DNA of 64,000 nucleotides from a virus (IMGVR_UViG_3300031999_007842:53708-117707), one strand, 5' to 3'. Shown: positions 40,075 to 47,620, counted from the first letter of the stretch. Translations and numbers: made by a program. Notes: generated from the sequence alone by a model not told the origin.

Positions 40075-40267
40075 TTGTGCCAGATCTAACCTTGAATGGT
40101 TCTGGGATAAAATCCTTCATCGTCCGGAAGAGTGTGCTTTCAGTGGTGGTAAAGGAAGGTGCATCTTGCTTCAAGAAATGAGCAGATACACCAATTACTC
40201 TCCAGAATGTAAAGGAGTGTGCAAGTTGTTTGCAGTTAAAGAAGAAAGAAAGAATCGCTCTCTTTAA
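40013..40267 (+). CDS. W-x-K-I-L family, Cys subtype; tandem paralog 1 of 3
   Basis: WFWDKILHRPEECAF...CKGVCKLF aligns with the next two ORFs. Confidence 0.35.
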   Translation: MDAVLQLKKKKANANTAHPFDCARSNLEWFWDKILHRPEECAFSGGKGRCILLQEMSRYTNYSPECKGVCKLFAVKEERKNRSL

Positions 40268-40451
40268 GGTACTTCACCAACCAAGAGATTGTAGATTCTA
40301 TGTACTTGACAAACTAAGTCGAAATGTTTGTCTGAGACCTGTACCATATATACTGGAAAAAGGGCATAGAAAGATCCTAATCTTTTCGAAATGTCTCGGA
40401 GTGTGCCAATACTTTGAGCCTAAGCAAAAGAGAAAAGAGAATACTCAATAA
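40230..40451 (+). CDS. tandem paralog 2 of 3 (LFKVLHQPRDCRFY...CLGVCQYF)
   Basis: paralogy. Confidence 0.35.
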   Translation: MQLKKKERIALFKVLHQPRDCRFYVLDKLSRNVCLRPVPYILEKGHRKILIFSKCLGVCQYFEPKQKRKENTQ

Positions 40452-40608
40452 GATGCTCCAGAACCGAAGAAACTGTCGATGGTATGTGCCACAAGGGGAA
40501 AGAGAGTTTTGTGTCCATCAAAAGCATCATAGAAACTTCTCAGGCTATCTAACTTGGGGATTATGTAAAGGAATATGTAATGACTTTGAATCGAAAGAGG
40601 AACCCTAG
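40414..40608 (+). CDS. tandem paralog 3 of 3 (ILNKMLQNRRNCRWY...CKGICNDF)
   Basis: paralogy. Confidence 0.35.
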   Translation: MSLSKREKRILNKMLQNRRNCRWYVPQGEREFCVHQKHHRNFSGYLTWGLCKGICNDFESKEEP

Positions 40609-40670
40609 ATCAACTATATATTACCGTGGAACGTATAATCTAGTTAGATCATAAATGAGGTGATAAGTTC

Positions 40671-41006
40671 ATGGATCAAATAAAAACTCTGGCTAGTATG
40701 GAAATTGGAGAAGAAGGTCACGTTATCCAAATTCTAGGTGACCAACAGGTCTATCACAAACTAATTTACCTGGGATTTCAAGCAGGTATTCTTGTGGCTG
40801 TCGAAAGAAGACAAACTGTTGGGATCACTCAAGTTCCGAGTATCTTTGTAAGGATAGGAAATAAGACTGTAGTTCTTCCTGAAAAAGATGCTGCTAAAGT
40901 CATAGTAAAAGTGAAAGGCTCCAGATCGATCCCATATTGGGAAAGACCTGAGGCATGGAGACCAATATGGCCTTTCTATCCTCGTTGGGGAGGAGTCTAT
41001 CAATGA
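40671..41006 (+). CDS. FeoA-like/SH3-like small protein
   Basis: L..M..GEEG.V.QI.G......L..LGF.AG..V............V.IGN..V.L....A..I FeoA-like pattern. Confidence 0.45.
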   Translation: MDQIKTLASMEIGEEGHVIQILGDQQVYHKLIYLGFQAGILVAVERRQTVGITQVPSIFVRIGNKTVVLPEKDAAKVIVKVKGSRSIPYWERPEAWRPIWPFYPRWGGVYQ

Positions 41007-41299
41007 AAAAGAAACATGTTGTATATGATGATTTCTGCGACATCTGTAACAAGATCATAGGCAGAACTCCATATGCCTCACCATATAAGTGTCAACTGTG
41101 TGGTAAAGAAATCTGCCAAGACTGTGCAAGATTCGTATGTTCCAAACCGGAACCTCCGCCAGTTTCAGGCGGATCTAGTGTCTGGTCTGGATTCGGAGTG
41201 TCATGTAATCATAAGGAAGAATTCATAATCTGCAAGAACTGCACAGATGCGTTGAAACTTTCCTTACTTGTAGTTGCAAGAAAAGCTCCTGGTGAATAA
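41003..41299 (+). CDS. double CxxC zinc-finger protein (paralog of 41808..42269)
   Basis: CDICN...CQLCGKEICQDC...ICKNCTDALKLSL. Confidence 0.45.
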   Translation: MKKKHVVYDDFCDICNKIIGRTPYASPYKCQLCGKEICQDCARFVCSKPEPPPVSGGSSVWSGFGVSCNHKEEFIICKNCTDALKLSLLVVARKAPGE

Positions 41300-41806
41300 A
41301 TGACAGATCTTAAACGTCACTCGAAAGGATACTGGAGAAGCATCTACATCTTTGGCCTGTATGAAGGTAAAGATCAGATAGAGATAAAGAACAAGTTAGT
41401 TCCCGAACTAGAACAGAGAAAACTTGTTTACTCCTATTGCTTCTATGGCAAGACTGGTGATGAAGCAGAACACATTACTTTCAGAATAAACTTCAAGACA
41501 AAGCAACAGATGGAAGATATCCTCAAGTTTGCCAAGAAACAGAAATGGAAGTTTGAGGATCACAATTATGATGAAGAGATGACTACGAAGATGGCTTATG
41601 TACTTGGAACTAAGATGGCACATGAGATACAAGCTACCCTGAAGGGAGAGGGTGATGTTGCTCTAAGTTCTAACTTTATAAGACTAATGCTTCATGGCAT
41701 GTTCAACGATCTACGTTATGGATACAAGGGTGAGTTTGAACTCTACTTTTTCCTTGTTAAAGCGATGCTATCCTCAGTATATGGCTTCAAAATTTCTGGT
41801 GATTGA
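41300..41806 (+). CDS. hypothetical protein
   Basis: 168-aa ORF. Confidence 0.45.
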   Translation: MTDLKRHSKGYWRSIYIFGLYEGKDQIEIKNKLVPELEQRKLVYSYCFYGKTGDEAEHITFRINFKTKQQMEDILKFAKKQKWKFEDHNYDEEMTTKMAYVLGTKMAHEIQATLKGEGDVALSSNFIRLMLHGMFNDLRYGYKGEFELYFFLVKAMLSSVYGFKISGD

Positions 41807-41807
41807 C

Positions 41808-42269
41808 ATGAGGTTCTGGCAAAGCAAAAAGAAGAAGATAAGACTACAAGACGTGTTATTACCTCCCAAAAAGGGTGGCAATAATCCTAGTCTCCTCCCT
41901 CTTGGCAATGCATGGAAATCTGTCTCATTACCTTCTACTTCTCCAAAGCTTCCAGAGCCAAAAGGACAATGTGAATGCTGTGGAAATGCAATCTACTCTG
42001 AGATCCAAGAATGCGAACTTTGCGGAAAAAAGATGTGTCAAGATTGTGATATGATTATCACCAAGACTATGCATAACTTGGGCTGGGGATCAAGCACACT
42101 CATGTATGTGCCTGGAAGCACACTTTCTTTCACAGGATCGAATCATAGTAATCAAAAGACTATTCCTAGGGACATTGCAATCTGTATAAGTTGTGCAGAA
42201 ATTCTCAAGTTAAGTCTACGTATAGCCGCATCGCAAGGAGTAATCGATAAAGATGAAACTCAAGAGTAA
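41808..42269 (+). CDS. double CxxC zinc-finger protein (paralog)
   Basis: CECCGN...CELCGKKMCQDC...ICISCAEILKLSL. Confidence 0.45.
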   Translation: MRFWQSKKKKIRLQDVLLPPKKGGNNPSLLPLGNAWKSVSLPSTSPKLPEPKGQCECCGNAIYSEIQECELCGKKMCQDCDMIITKTMHNLGWGSSTLMYVPGSTLSFTGSNHSNQKTIPRDIAICISCAEILKLSLRIAASQGVIDKDETQE

Positions 42270-42478
42270 AGAAGTAATCTGTGCAAGATGTGGGAAAGTT
42301 ATTTCCCAACGAAGGCGTTTTGCTCTCGTTCTTGAGAGTAGACGCAAATATTCAGCCTATGTGGAACAAACTGCTCTTCAGCTTTACTTCCATGAGAAGT
42401 GCATAACTAATATCTCTGTAAACATAAGAAATCTCTGGGATCTGATAAGAGTAATGAACAAGCTAGGAGCACAATAAA

Positions 42479-42727
42479 ATGACTAAGAAAAAGATACAGA
42501 AAGTAGACATCTGGGTTCCGCCCAAACGTTGCCCTCTCATGAATGAATGCGAAGACGTGATTGCTTGGGATTCATTCACTGAGATGTGTGATTCAGATAA
42601 CTGGATCTTCTGTGAGAAGACTACCGAGCTAGCAAAGAAGTATAAGCGAAAGCCTTATGAATGGAAACTCGTAAGGGAACTTGGTGGATTCCCTTGCGAT
42701 CAGATAAACCCAAGAAAAAGAAAGTAA
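42479..42727 (+). CDS. small Cys protein of the W[VI][FW]C...KKY.[RK]KPY.WK family
   Basis: NWIFCEKTTELAKKYKRKPYEWKLVRELGG. Confidence 0.4.
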   Translation: MTKKKIQKVDIWVPPKRCPLMNECEDVIAWDSFTEMCDSDNWIFCEKTTELAKKYKRKPYEWKLVRELGGFPCDQINPRKRK

Positions 42728-42739
42728 TACGAGGAAACT

Positions 42740-43021
42740 GTGAAGATTGTGGTAACTATGGAATCCTCAAACAAAAGGATGGGTCGTGGCTCTGCGAGGA
42801 CTGTAGATCGTACAGATGACGAATGCAAGCATGAATGGAAAGAAATAGGGACTTTGGTCTTCTATGAGGCAGGAGCTCCAACGATGCCTTCCAGTGAATG
42901 TTATTCAGGGCATTTGAAAACGGACAAGCTAATAGCAGTTCTCAAATGTGAGAAATGTAGAGAAGTCAAGTTCCAGTTCAGTCCTTGGAATATAATATTG
43001 GGAGGAAAGAAAGATGTGTAA
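42740..43021 (+). CDS. hypothetical protein
   Basis: co-directional ORF. Confidence 0.4.
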   Translation: MKIVVTMESSNKRMGRGSARTVDRTDDECKHEWKEIGTLVFYEAGAPTMPSSECYSGHLKTDKLIAVLKCEKCREVKFQFSPWNIILGGKKDV

Positions 43022-43265
43022 GTGGGGCACTTACAAGAAAGTATTAGTTACTATCCCCAAGGAACTAAGTTACACAAGGAAGGAACGAAGAGCTTATGTC
43101 GAGATTGATTTATGCATTGCCGATTTGGTGAAAGCTCTCAACAGGAATGGAATAAAGACTATTGCTTCCTGTTGTGGGCATGGAAAGGGCCAGGGAAGAA
43201 TTGATCTAGCTGATGGAAGAATACTTTTTATTCAGTCAAGGGAAGGCGAGGATGGATATGAATAA
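43014..43265 (+). CDS. hypothetical protein
   Basis: co-directional ORF. Confidence 0.4.
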   Translation: MCKWGTYKKVLVTIPKELSYTRKERRAYVEIDLCIADLVKALNRNGIKTIASCCGHGKGQGRIDLADGRILFIQSREGEDGYE

Positions 43266-43557
43266 ACAACAAGAATGGAGAAAGATCCTAGGGCAACATT
43301 TCTGTGAAGCTTGCAATTCAAGTATTCATAATCTGGTAAAGATCGGACTTAGTATTCCAATTCCTTTAGAGTATCTAAAAACACCAGAAGGTACAGAGTA
43401 TTTCCTTTGCCCAAACTGTATGCTAAGATTGATAACCTGTAGTCTTAGCAAGAATCAAGTAAAAAATCTACTTGAGAATGGCCACACCAGGAAGGAATTT
43501 TACTTGCATCATGATTTCTATGATGACATAGGCATTAGTTTGCAACCTTTGATTTGA
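43252..43557 (+). CDS. W-x-K-I-L-G family, Cys subtype (QEWRKILGQHFCEACNSS)
   Basis: start trimmed to internal ATG. Confidence 0.4.
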   Translation: MDMNKQQEWRKILGQHFCEACNSSIHNLVKIGLSIPIPLEYLKTPEGTEYFLCPNCMLRLITCSLSKNQVKNLLENGHTRKEFYLHHDFYDDIGISLQPLI

Positions 43558-43560
43558 AGG

Positions 43561-43794
43561 ATGGCCATTAATATGAGTGAATTAACACAGAAGAGACCAA
43601 GTTCTTGCCCACGGATACGTTCCTGTACGAACGAAGTAGATGAAATAGATTATAGTTCTACTTGTGCAAGCAAGAATTGGATTTGGTGTCCTCTCATGAA
43701 AGAAGAAGCCAAAAAATATCTACCTAAAGCTCTTCCCTGTGAGTGGAAAATGATAAAGAAATTAGAAGGTGAAAAAAAAGATGGAGAAAAGTGA
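43561..43794 (+). CDS. small Cys protein of the W[VI][FW]C...KKY family
   Basis: NWIWCPLMKEEAKKYLPKALPCEWKMIKKLEG. Confidence 0.4.
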   Translation: MAINMSELTQKRPSSCPRIRSCTNEVDEIDYSSTCASKNWIWCPLMKEEAKKYLPKALPCEWKMIKKLEGEKKDGEK

Positions 43795-45016
43795 AGAAAG
43801 AAAGTATGATAGTCCAGGAGAAAGAATGGACAAGTTAATGCTGGAACTGAAGAAGAAACGAAGCCTTAAGGGATTGAGAACAGCAGTCTCTGAAGTCCTG
43901 GGAGCAGCCCCTGGAGATATGAAAGACTTCAGTTTCAATATTGGTGCTCATAAATGGAGAGGGACCATTTACCAGAAACGTAACTCTCTGATGGGTACAG
44001 TTGTTTCCTTCTTCGATACTAAACTCTATGTAGTTCGTGGATATCCCAAGATCAAGTACTCTGATGATTCACGAGTCTATCTGAGAGATTGTGTAGCTCA
44101 AGAGAAGATAGATGGAAGCAACTTTGGAATATTCCTACTTCCAGATGGAACAATGATGGCCAAGACAAGAATGGTTGTCAACTGGAACAATGCTGCCTAC
44201 AAGCGAAAAGATAAGACATGGCGACAACTCTTTGAAATGATAGACAATGGAGATCTCTTGAGGCGCATCAATGAATTGATTGTCAATCATGACTGTGTTA
44301 TCTATGGAGAACTTTATGGGAAGCTCAACCCAGGAGACTTTGTCAAATATTCTGTAGACATAGCATTCAAAGTCTTTGACATCCTGACCCGTAAAACAAA
44401 TAGATTCTTGCCGGCAAGTGAAGTGTATCGACTCTGTGAAGTCTATGAGATTCCTCATGTACAAGAAACCTGGAATGGCATTCTAACTGACAAAGAAATA
44501 GAGAGAATTGAATTCGAACTACAAGATCAAGTGAAGGACGATGGAATGGAAGGTTGGGTAGCTAAGACCTTCTTCAAAGACGAGAAAGATGTTTACATGT
44601 GCAAACTGAAATGCCAGAAAGTCAAAGAGGAATGCTGGGACAAAGATAGAAAGCCAATGATTCCTACATCAATAGTTCGTAAGGCAGTTCGCAAGACGCT
44701 TGATAACTTCCCTGAAGCTAAGACGATTGAAGAAATGGAACCACATGTGCTGGATGAACTTCGAGAGGAAGTCGAGGAAGTGTTGATTCAACAGTCATTG
44801 GATAGAATCAGAGCAGAGATAAGATGGGCATTGACTCCAGAAGATGAGGACTTGCTAAAGATAGTCATTGATAAGATGAAGGAGATGCAGGATAGAGGAA
44901 TAGACTTGAGCAATAAAGGCCACGTTCTCTCTAACCTTTCCAGCGCTTTGGGAACGATAAGTGGTGGGAAACTCTATCAACTCTATCATGCAGCTTTACG
45001 AGACATAAACACCTAA
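43769..45016 (+). CDS. ATP-dependent RNA ligase, Rnl2-like (nucleotidyltransferase superfamily)
   Basis: motif I QEKIDGSNFGIF (Lys-x-Asp-Gly, Asn not Arg as in Rnl2 KIHGTN), motif IV EGWVAK, motif V KLKCQK. Confidence 0.55.
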   Translation: MKKKMEKSEERKYDSPGERMDKLMLELKKKRSLKGLRTAVSEVLGAAPGDMKDFSFNIGAHKWRGTIYQKRNSLMGTVVSFFDTKLYVVRGYPKIKYSDDSRVYLRDCVAQEKIDGSNFGIFLLPDGTMMAKTRMVVNWNNAAYKRKDKTWRQLFEMIDNGDLLRRINELIVNHDCVIYGELYGKLNPGDFVKYSVDIAFKVFDILTRKTNRFLPASEVYRLCEVYEIPHVQETWNGILTDKEIERIEFELQDQVKDDGMEGWVAKTFFKDEKDVYMCKLKCQKVKEECWDKDRKPMIPTSIVRKAVRKTLDNFPEAKTIEEMEPHVLDELREEVEEVLIQQSLDRIRAEIRWALTPEDEDLLKIVIDKMKEMQDRGIDLSNKGHVLSNLSSALGTISGGKLYQLYHAALRDINT

Positions 45017-45025
45017 GGAGGTGAA

Positions 45026-45493
45026 GTGATGCAGAAGAAATACTGGATACTAGCAAGTCTGCTTTTGATTCTCCTAACCTTGGTTGGAGCAGTAACTTAT
45101 CTAAGTTCTCTGAAACGAATGAGCAATACTGCAACGTTGAGGAAATCTGTGGGTATTAGTACTTGGGGAGATAGCATATTCACGATACCAAAGAACGAAC
45201 ATAATTGGGGTGAGCTTGATGGAGGCATATGGTATAATTTCACATGCTGGATCAAGAGCGAAGCAAACGTACCAATCAACATCTCTTTCACAACTAAGAA
45301 CTGGATACCAGAAAACATGACTTATGAATGGAAAGTCTACGTGGATAGATTCGGTTGGAACCCAACAGCATTCATTCTATACAAGAACGAATGGACCTAT
45401 TTCGATTTCTTCCTGAAAATAGATTCAATGCCAGACTACATCTTTAACTTCAGTTTTGACATAGACATGAATTCTACAGAATGCATTCCATAG
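45026..45493 (+). CDS. secreted/membrane-anchored protein
   Basis: N-terminal signal/TM helix KYWILASLLLILLTLVGAV. Confidence 0.5.
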   Translation: MMQKKYWILASLLLILLTLVGAVTYLSSLKRMSNTATLRKSVGISTWGDSIFTIPKNEHNWGELDGGIWYNFTCWIKSEANVPINISFTTKNWIPENMTYEWKVYVDRFGWNPTAFILYKNEWTYFDFFLKIDSMPDYIFNFSFDIDMNSTECIP

Positions 45494-45848
45494 GACCATA
45501 GAGACTTGGTACGTTAATGGGATAAAAGAAGAGGTAACCGAAAACCCTCCGGTATTAGGCGAGGAAAGGAAGACAAGTATGGAACGCTCCTTTCCTGAAA
45601 GTCCTGCCTCGATCCCAGCGGAATACTCAAGTCTCTAAACCAATACCCTTATATTTTGGTTACACTGTTATGTGTATAAGACTCGGTGATTTGAATGGCA
45701 GAATGGTTCCTATCAAAGCCGCATTGTTTGCACAATCGTTTAAGTAGCAAACAGTCCGGTACAAAGTCACAAGAGTCGGAATAAACAAGATCACCAGTCT
45801 TTTGTTGTAGTTCCATTCTGTCATTAATCTGTTCTCTTGTGCGGTGAA

Positions 45849-45992
45849 GCGGAGGTGGCTGAGTCAGGTTTAAAGCGCCAGACTGCTAACAGGGGCGAAA
45901 CTTGAAACAGGGTGATACTGGAATCGAATCATTAACCTGACAGATATCTGGTGGGCTTGCCCGCGAAGGTTCAAATCCTTCCCTCCGCGCCA
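45849..45992 (+). tRNA. tRNA-Ser(GCT), 57-nt intron at 37/38 (45889..45945), CCA encoded
   Basis: acceptor GCGGAGG/CCTCCGC, D-arm, anticodon stem CCAGA/TCTGG, loop CUGCUA|A, long variable arm, T-arm GAAGG-TTCAAAT-CCTTC, GCCA end. Confidence 0.7.
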
Positions 45993-46004
45993 GTTACAAG
46001 GAAT

Positions 46005-46160
46005 GCAGGGGTAGCTAAGTCAGGCCGAAAGCGCCGGGCTTAAGCGTCTTTCAAAGACCTTGAGGGCGTAGCTAAGAGGCGTTAAGCTCAAAGGCTTGAC
46101 ACTGAGACACCCGGTCACATAGGTGAAACATCGCCGGTTCGAATCCGGCCCCCTGCACCA
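46005..46160 (+). tRNA. tRNA-Leu(TAA), 64-nt intron at 37/38 (46045..46108), CCA encoded
   Basis: acceptor GCAGGGG/CCCCTGC, anticodon stem CCGGG/CCCGG, loop CUUAAG, variable hairpin TCAC-ATAG-GTGA, T-arm GCCGG-TTCGAAT-CCGGC; intron repeats exon segment GTAGCTAAG. Confidence 0.7.
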
Positions 46161-46167
46161 GTAACAT

Positions 46168-46241
46168 GCCGATGTAGCCTAACTAGGAAAGGCAGTGGCT
46201 TTGTAAGCCACCTCATAGGAGTTCAACTCTCCTCATCGGCT
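46168..46241 (+). tRNA. tRNA-Thr(TGT), intronless, no CCA
   Basis: full cloverleaf: GCCGATG/CATCGGC, GTGGC-TTTGTAA-GCCAC, AGGAG-TTCAACT-CTCCT. Confidence 0.7.
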
Positions 46242-46244
46242 TTT

Positions 46245-46317
46245 GGATCTATAGCATAACAAGGCAGTGCAGTGGACCTTTAATCCACATATCCGAGTTC
46301 AAATCTCGGTAGATCCA
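46245..46317 (+). tRNA. tRNA-Lys(TTT), intronless, no CCA; unusual C at position 33
   Basis: GGATCTA/TAGATCC, GTGGA-CCTTTAA-TCCAC, CCGAG-TTCAAAT-CTCGG. Confidence 0.55.
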
Positions 46318-46320
46318 TTC

Positions 46321-46394
46321 GGACCATTAGCTTAACCAGGTAGAGCGGTAGACCCTTAATCTACTAATTGCGGGTTCAAATCCCGCATGGTCCT
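46321..46394 (+). tRNA. tRNA-Lys(CTT), intronless, no CCA; C at position 33
   Basis: GGACCAT/ATGGTCC, GTAGA-CCCTTAA-TCTAC, GCGGG-TTCAAAT-CCCGC. Confidence 0.55.
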
Positions 46395-46399
46395 TCAGT

Positions 46400-46471
46400 G
46401 GCTTGAGTAGTGTAGTAGCAGCACAGTGGTCTGTGGAGCCACGAGCAAGAGTGCAATCCTCTTCTCAAGCC
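46400..46471 (+). tRNA. tRNA-His(GTG) with G-1, intronless, no CCA
   Basis: extra 5' G pairing with discriminator C; GTGGT-CTGTGGA-GCCAC; T-loop TGCAATC (non-canonical position 55). Confidence 0.6.
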
Positions 46472-46478
46472 CTCATAT

Positions 46479-46552
46479 GCCTGAGTGGACAAGCCTGGAA
46501 AGTCAGTTGCCTGCAGAGCAACTAAGCGGGGGTTCAAATCCCCTCTCAGGCT
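46479..46552 (+). tRNA. tRNA-Cys(GCA), intronless, no CCA
   Basis: GCCTGAG/CTCAGGC, GTTGC-CTGCAGA-GCAAC, GGGGG-TTCAAAT-CCCCT. Confidence 0.6.
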
Positions 46553-46557
46553 TTCAA

Positions 46558-46977
46558 GCAGGTGTGATGTAATGGCAACATCCCAGCCTTCCAAAGTCAA
46601 ACAGAAGGGCTAATAGATCACCATCACTTGTATAAGTGGTGATAAAATGAAAACACCAGCACAAATCAATAAAGAATATAGACAAAGAGTAAGAGAAAAG
46701 GCAAATCAAGTCTTCGGGAAGAAATGTTTCTTCTGCGGACATGAAGTAGGAAGAATGCCTCTTCATAATAAGAAAGGAGAAAAGCATCCTACTGATTTGA
46801 CTGCAAGAGAAGCTTTGAAGAATCCTGAAGATTGGGTTCGTCTATGCAAACATTGCCATCGAGGAGTTCATTTCTCTATGAATATCCTTGAAATGGATTG
46901 GGAACAAATAGTTAAACTAGCAAAGAAAGTTTGACTGAGGAAAGCTGATTATCTGGGTTCAATTCCCAGCACCTGCA
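46558..46977 (+). tRNA. tRNA-Gly(TCC) interrupted by a 349-nt intron (46594..46942) that contains an HNH endonuclease ORF
   Basis: 5' exon GCAGGTG-TG-ATGT-AATGGCA-ACAT-C-CCAGC-CUUCCA; 3' exon A-GCTGA-TTAT-CTGGG-TTCAATT-CCCAG-CACCTGC-A. Confidence 0.55.
46647..46934 (+). CDS. HNH endonuclease encoded inside the tRNA-Gly intron
   Basis: CFFCGHE...LHNKKGEKH...CKHCHRGVH = CxxC...HN...CxxH HNH-like; ORF ends 8 nt before the 3' exon. Confidence 0.5.
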   Translation: MKTPAQINKEYRQRVREKANQVFGKKCFFCGHEVGRMPLHNKKGEKHPTDLTAREALKNPEDWVRLCKHCHRGVHFSMNILEMDWEQIVKLAKKV

Positions 46978-46983
46978 CTCATA

Positions 46984-47058
46984 GGGGTAGTGGTGTAGTT
47001 TGGTCAACATCCCTGGCTTGGAACCAGGTGAACGTCAGTTCGAGTCTGGCCTACCCCA
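46984..47058 (+). tRNA. tRNA-Pro(TGG), intronless, no CCA
   Basis: GGGGTAG/CTACCCC, CCTGG-CTTGGAA-CCAGG, GTCAG-TTCGAGT-CTGGC. Confidence 0.65.
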
Positions 47059-47073
47059 CTCATAGTCACGGTT

Positions 47074-47166
47074 TGGATAGGAGTTGTTGAGATGGGAACC
47101 GTGCACATCATAGCTTTACCTACTGAGGAAAAAGACTTTGCGACGGAACAACTAAGCTCCTATCCG
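47074..47166. other. long imperfect hairpin / tRNA-like remnant (14-bp stem GGATAGGAGTTGTT..AACAACTAAGCTCCTATCC)
   Basis: stem visible in sequence; no cloverleaf could be fitted. Confidence 0.3.
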
Positions 47167-47191
47167 TTAATTAAACTATCGAGGTTATAAC

Positions 47192-47328
47192 ATGACAGCA
47201 CTCAAAGATTGCAACAAGTGTGGTAAACAAGTAGACATGAAAGAGATAACCATCGTCTGGGATCCAGAAGGGCACTCTTTTACTTGGGTGTGTGGAAAAT
47301 GCCTCAAGATATATCGGCAACGTATATA
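47192..47328 (+). CDS. small zinc-ribbon protein (45 aa, below ORF-track cutoff)
   Basis: MTALKDCNKCGKQ...WVCGKCLKIY; ATG with upstream GAGG. Confidence 0.3.
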
Positions 47329-47607
47329 AGTAAGAGCGAATACCTATATATAGTCCAGTAAGTGAGAAGATGGCATACACAACTATGGCTTCACATCCGG
47401 ATGCGGGTTATTAGCCCGCAACCCAGAATCGGCTGGCAGTCGACTGGGAGGGTGAGGAGTCAGATGAGTGGGAAAGAAGAAGCATATCAAAGGAATAAAG
47501 GAACACACTACCTGCAGAAGGTGTCGTGTCCCGATAGTCTCTTGGAGTGCACTAGACCCAGTATGCATAAACTGTGCAATCTGGGGAGGACCCAAGAAAG
47601 ACTAAAT

Positions 47608-47620
47608 CCTTTCTTTTTTA
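47608..47620 (+). terminator. oligo-T tract (CCTTTCTTTTTTA), candidate archaeal-type terminator
   Basis: T-run directly upstream of tRNA-Tyr, at the end of an apparently noncoding GC-richer segment. Confidence 0.25.

Noticed and set aside
46594-46942. Group I or group II self-splicing intron in tRNA-Gly
   Set aside because: 349 nt containing a 288-nt ORF leaves about 60 nt, far too little for a ribozyme core. The insertion is at the 37/38 BHB position like the other four introns here.
47074-47166. A twelfth tRNA after tRNA-Pro
   Set aside because: An acceptor-like 9-bp stem continues into a long helix with no D, anticodon or T arms; no cloverleaf could be fitted.
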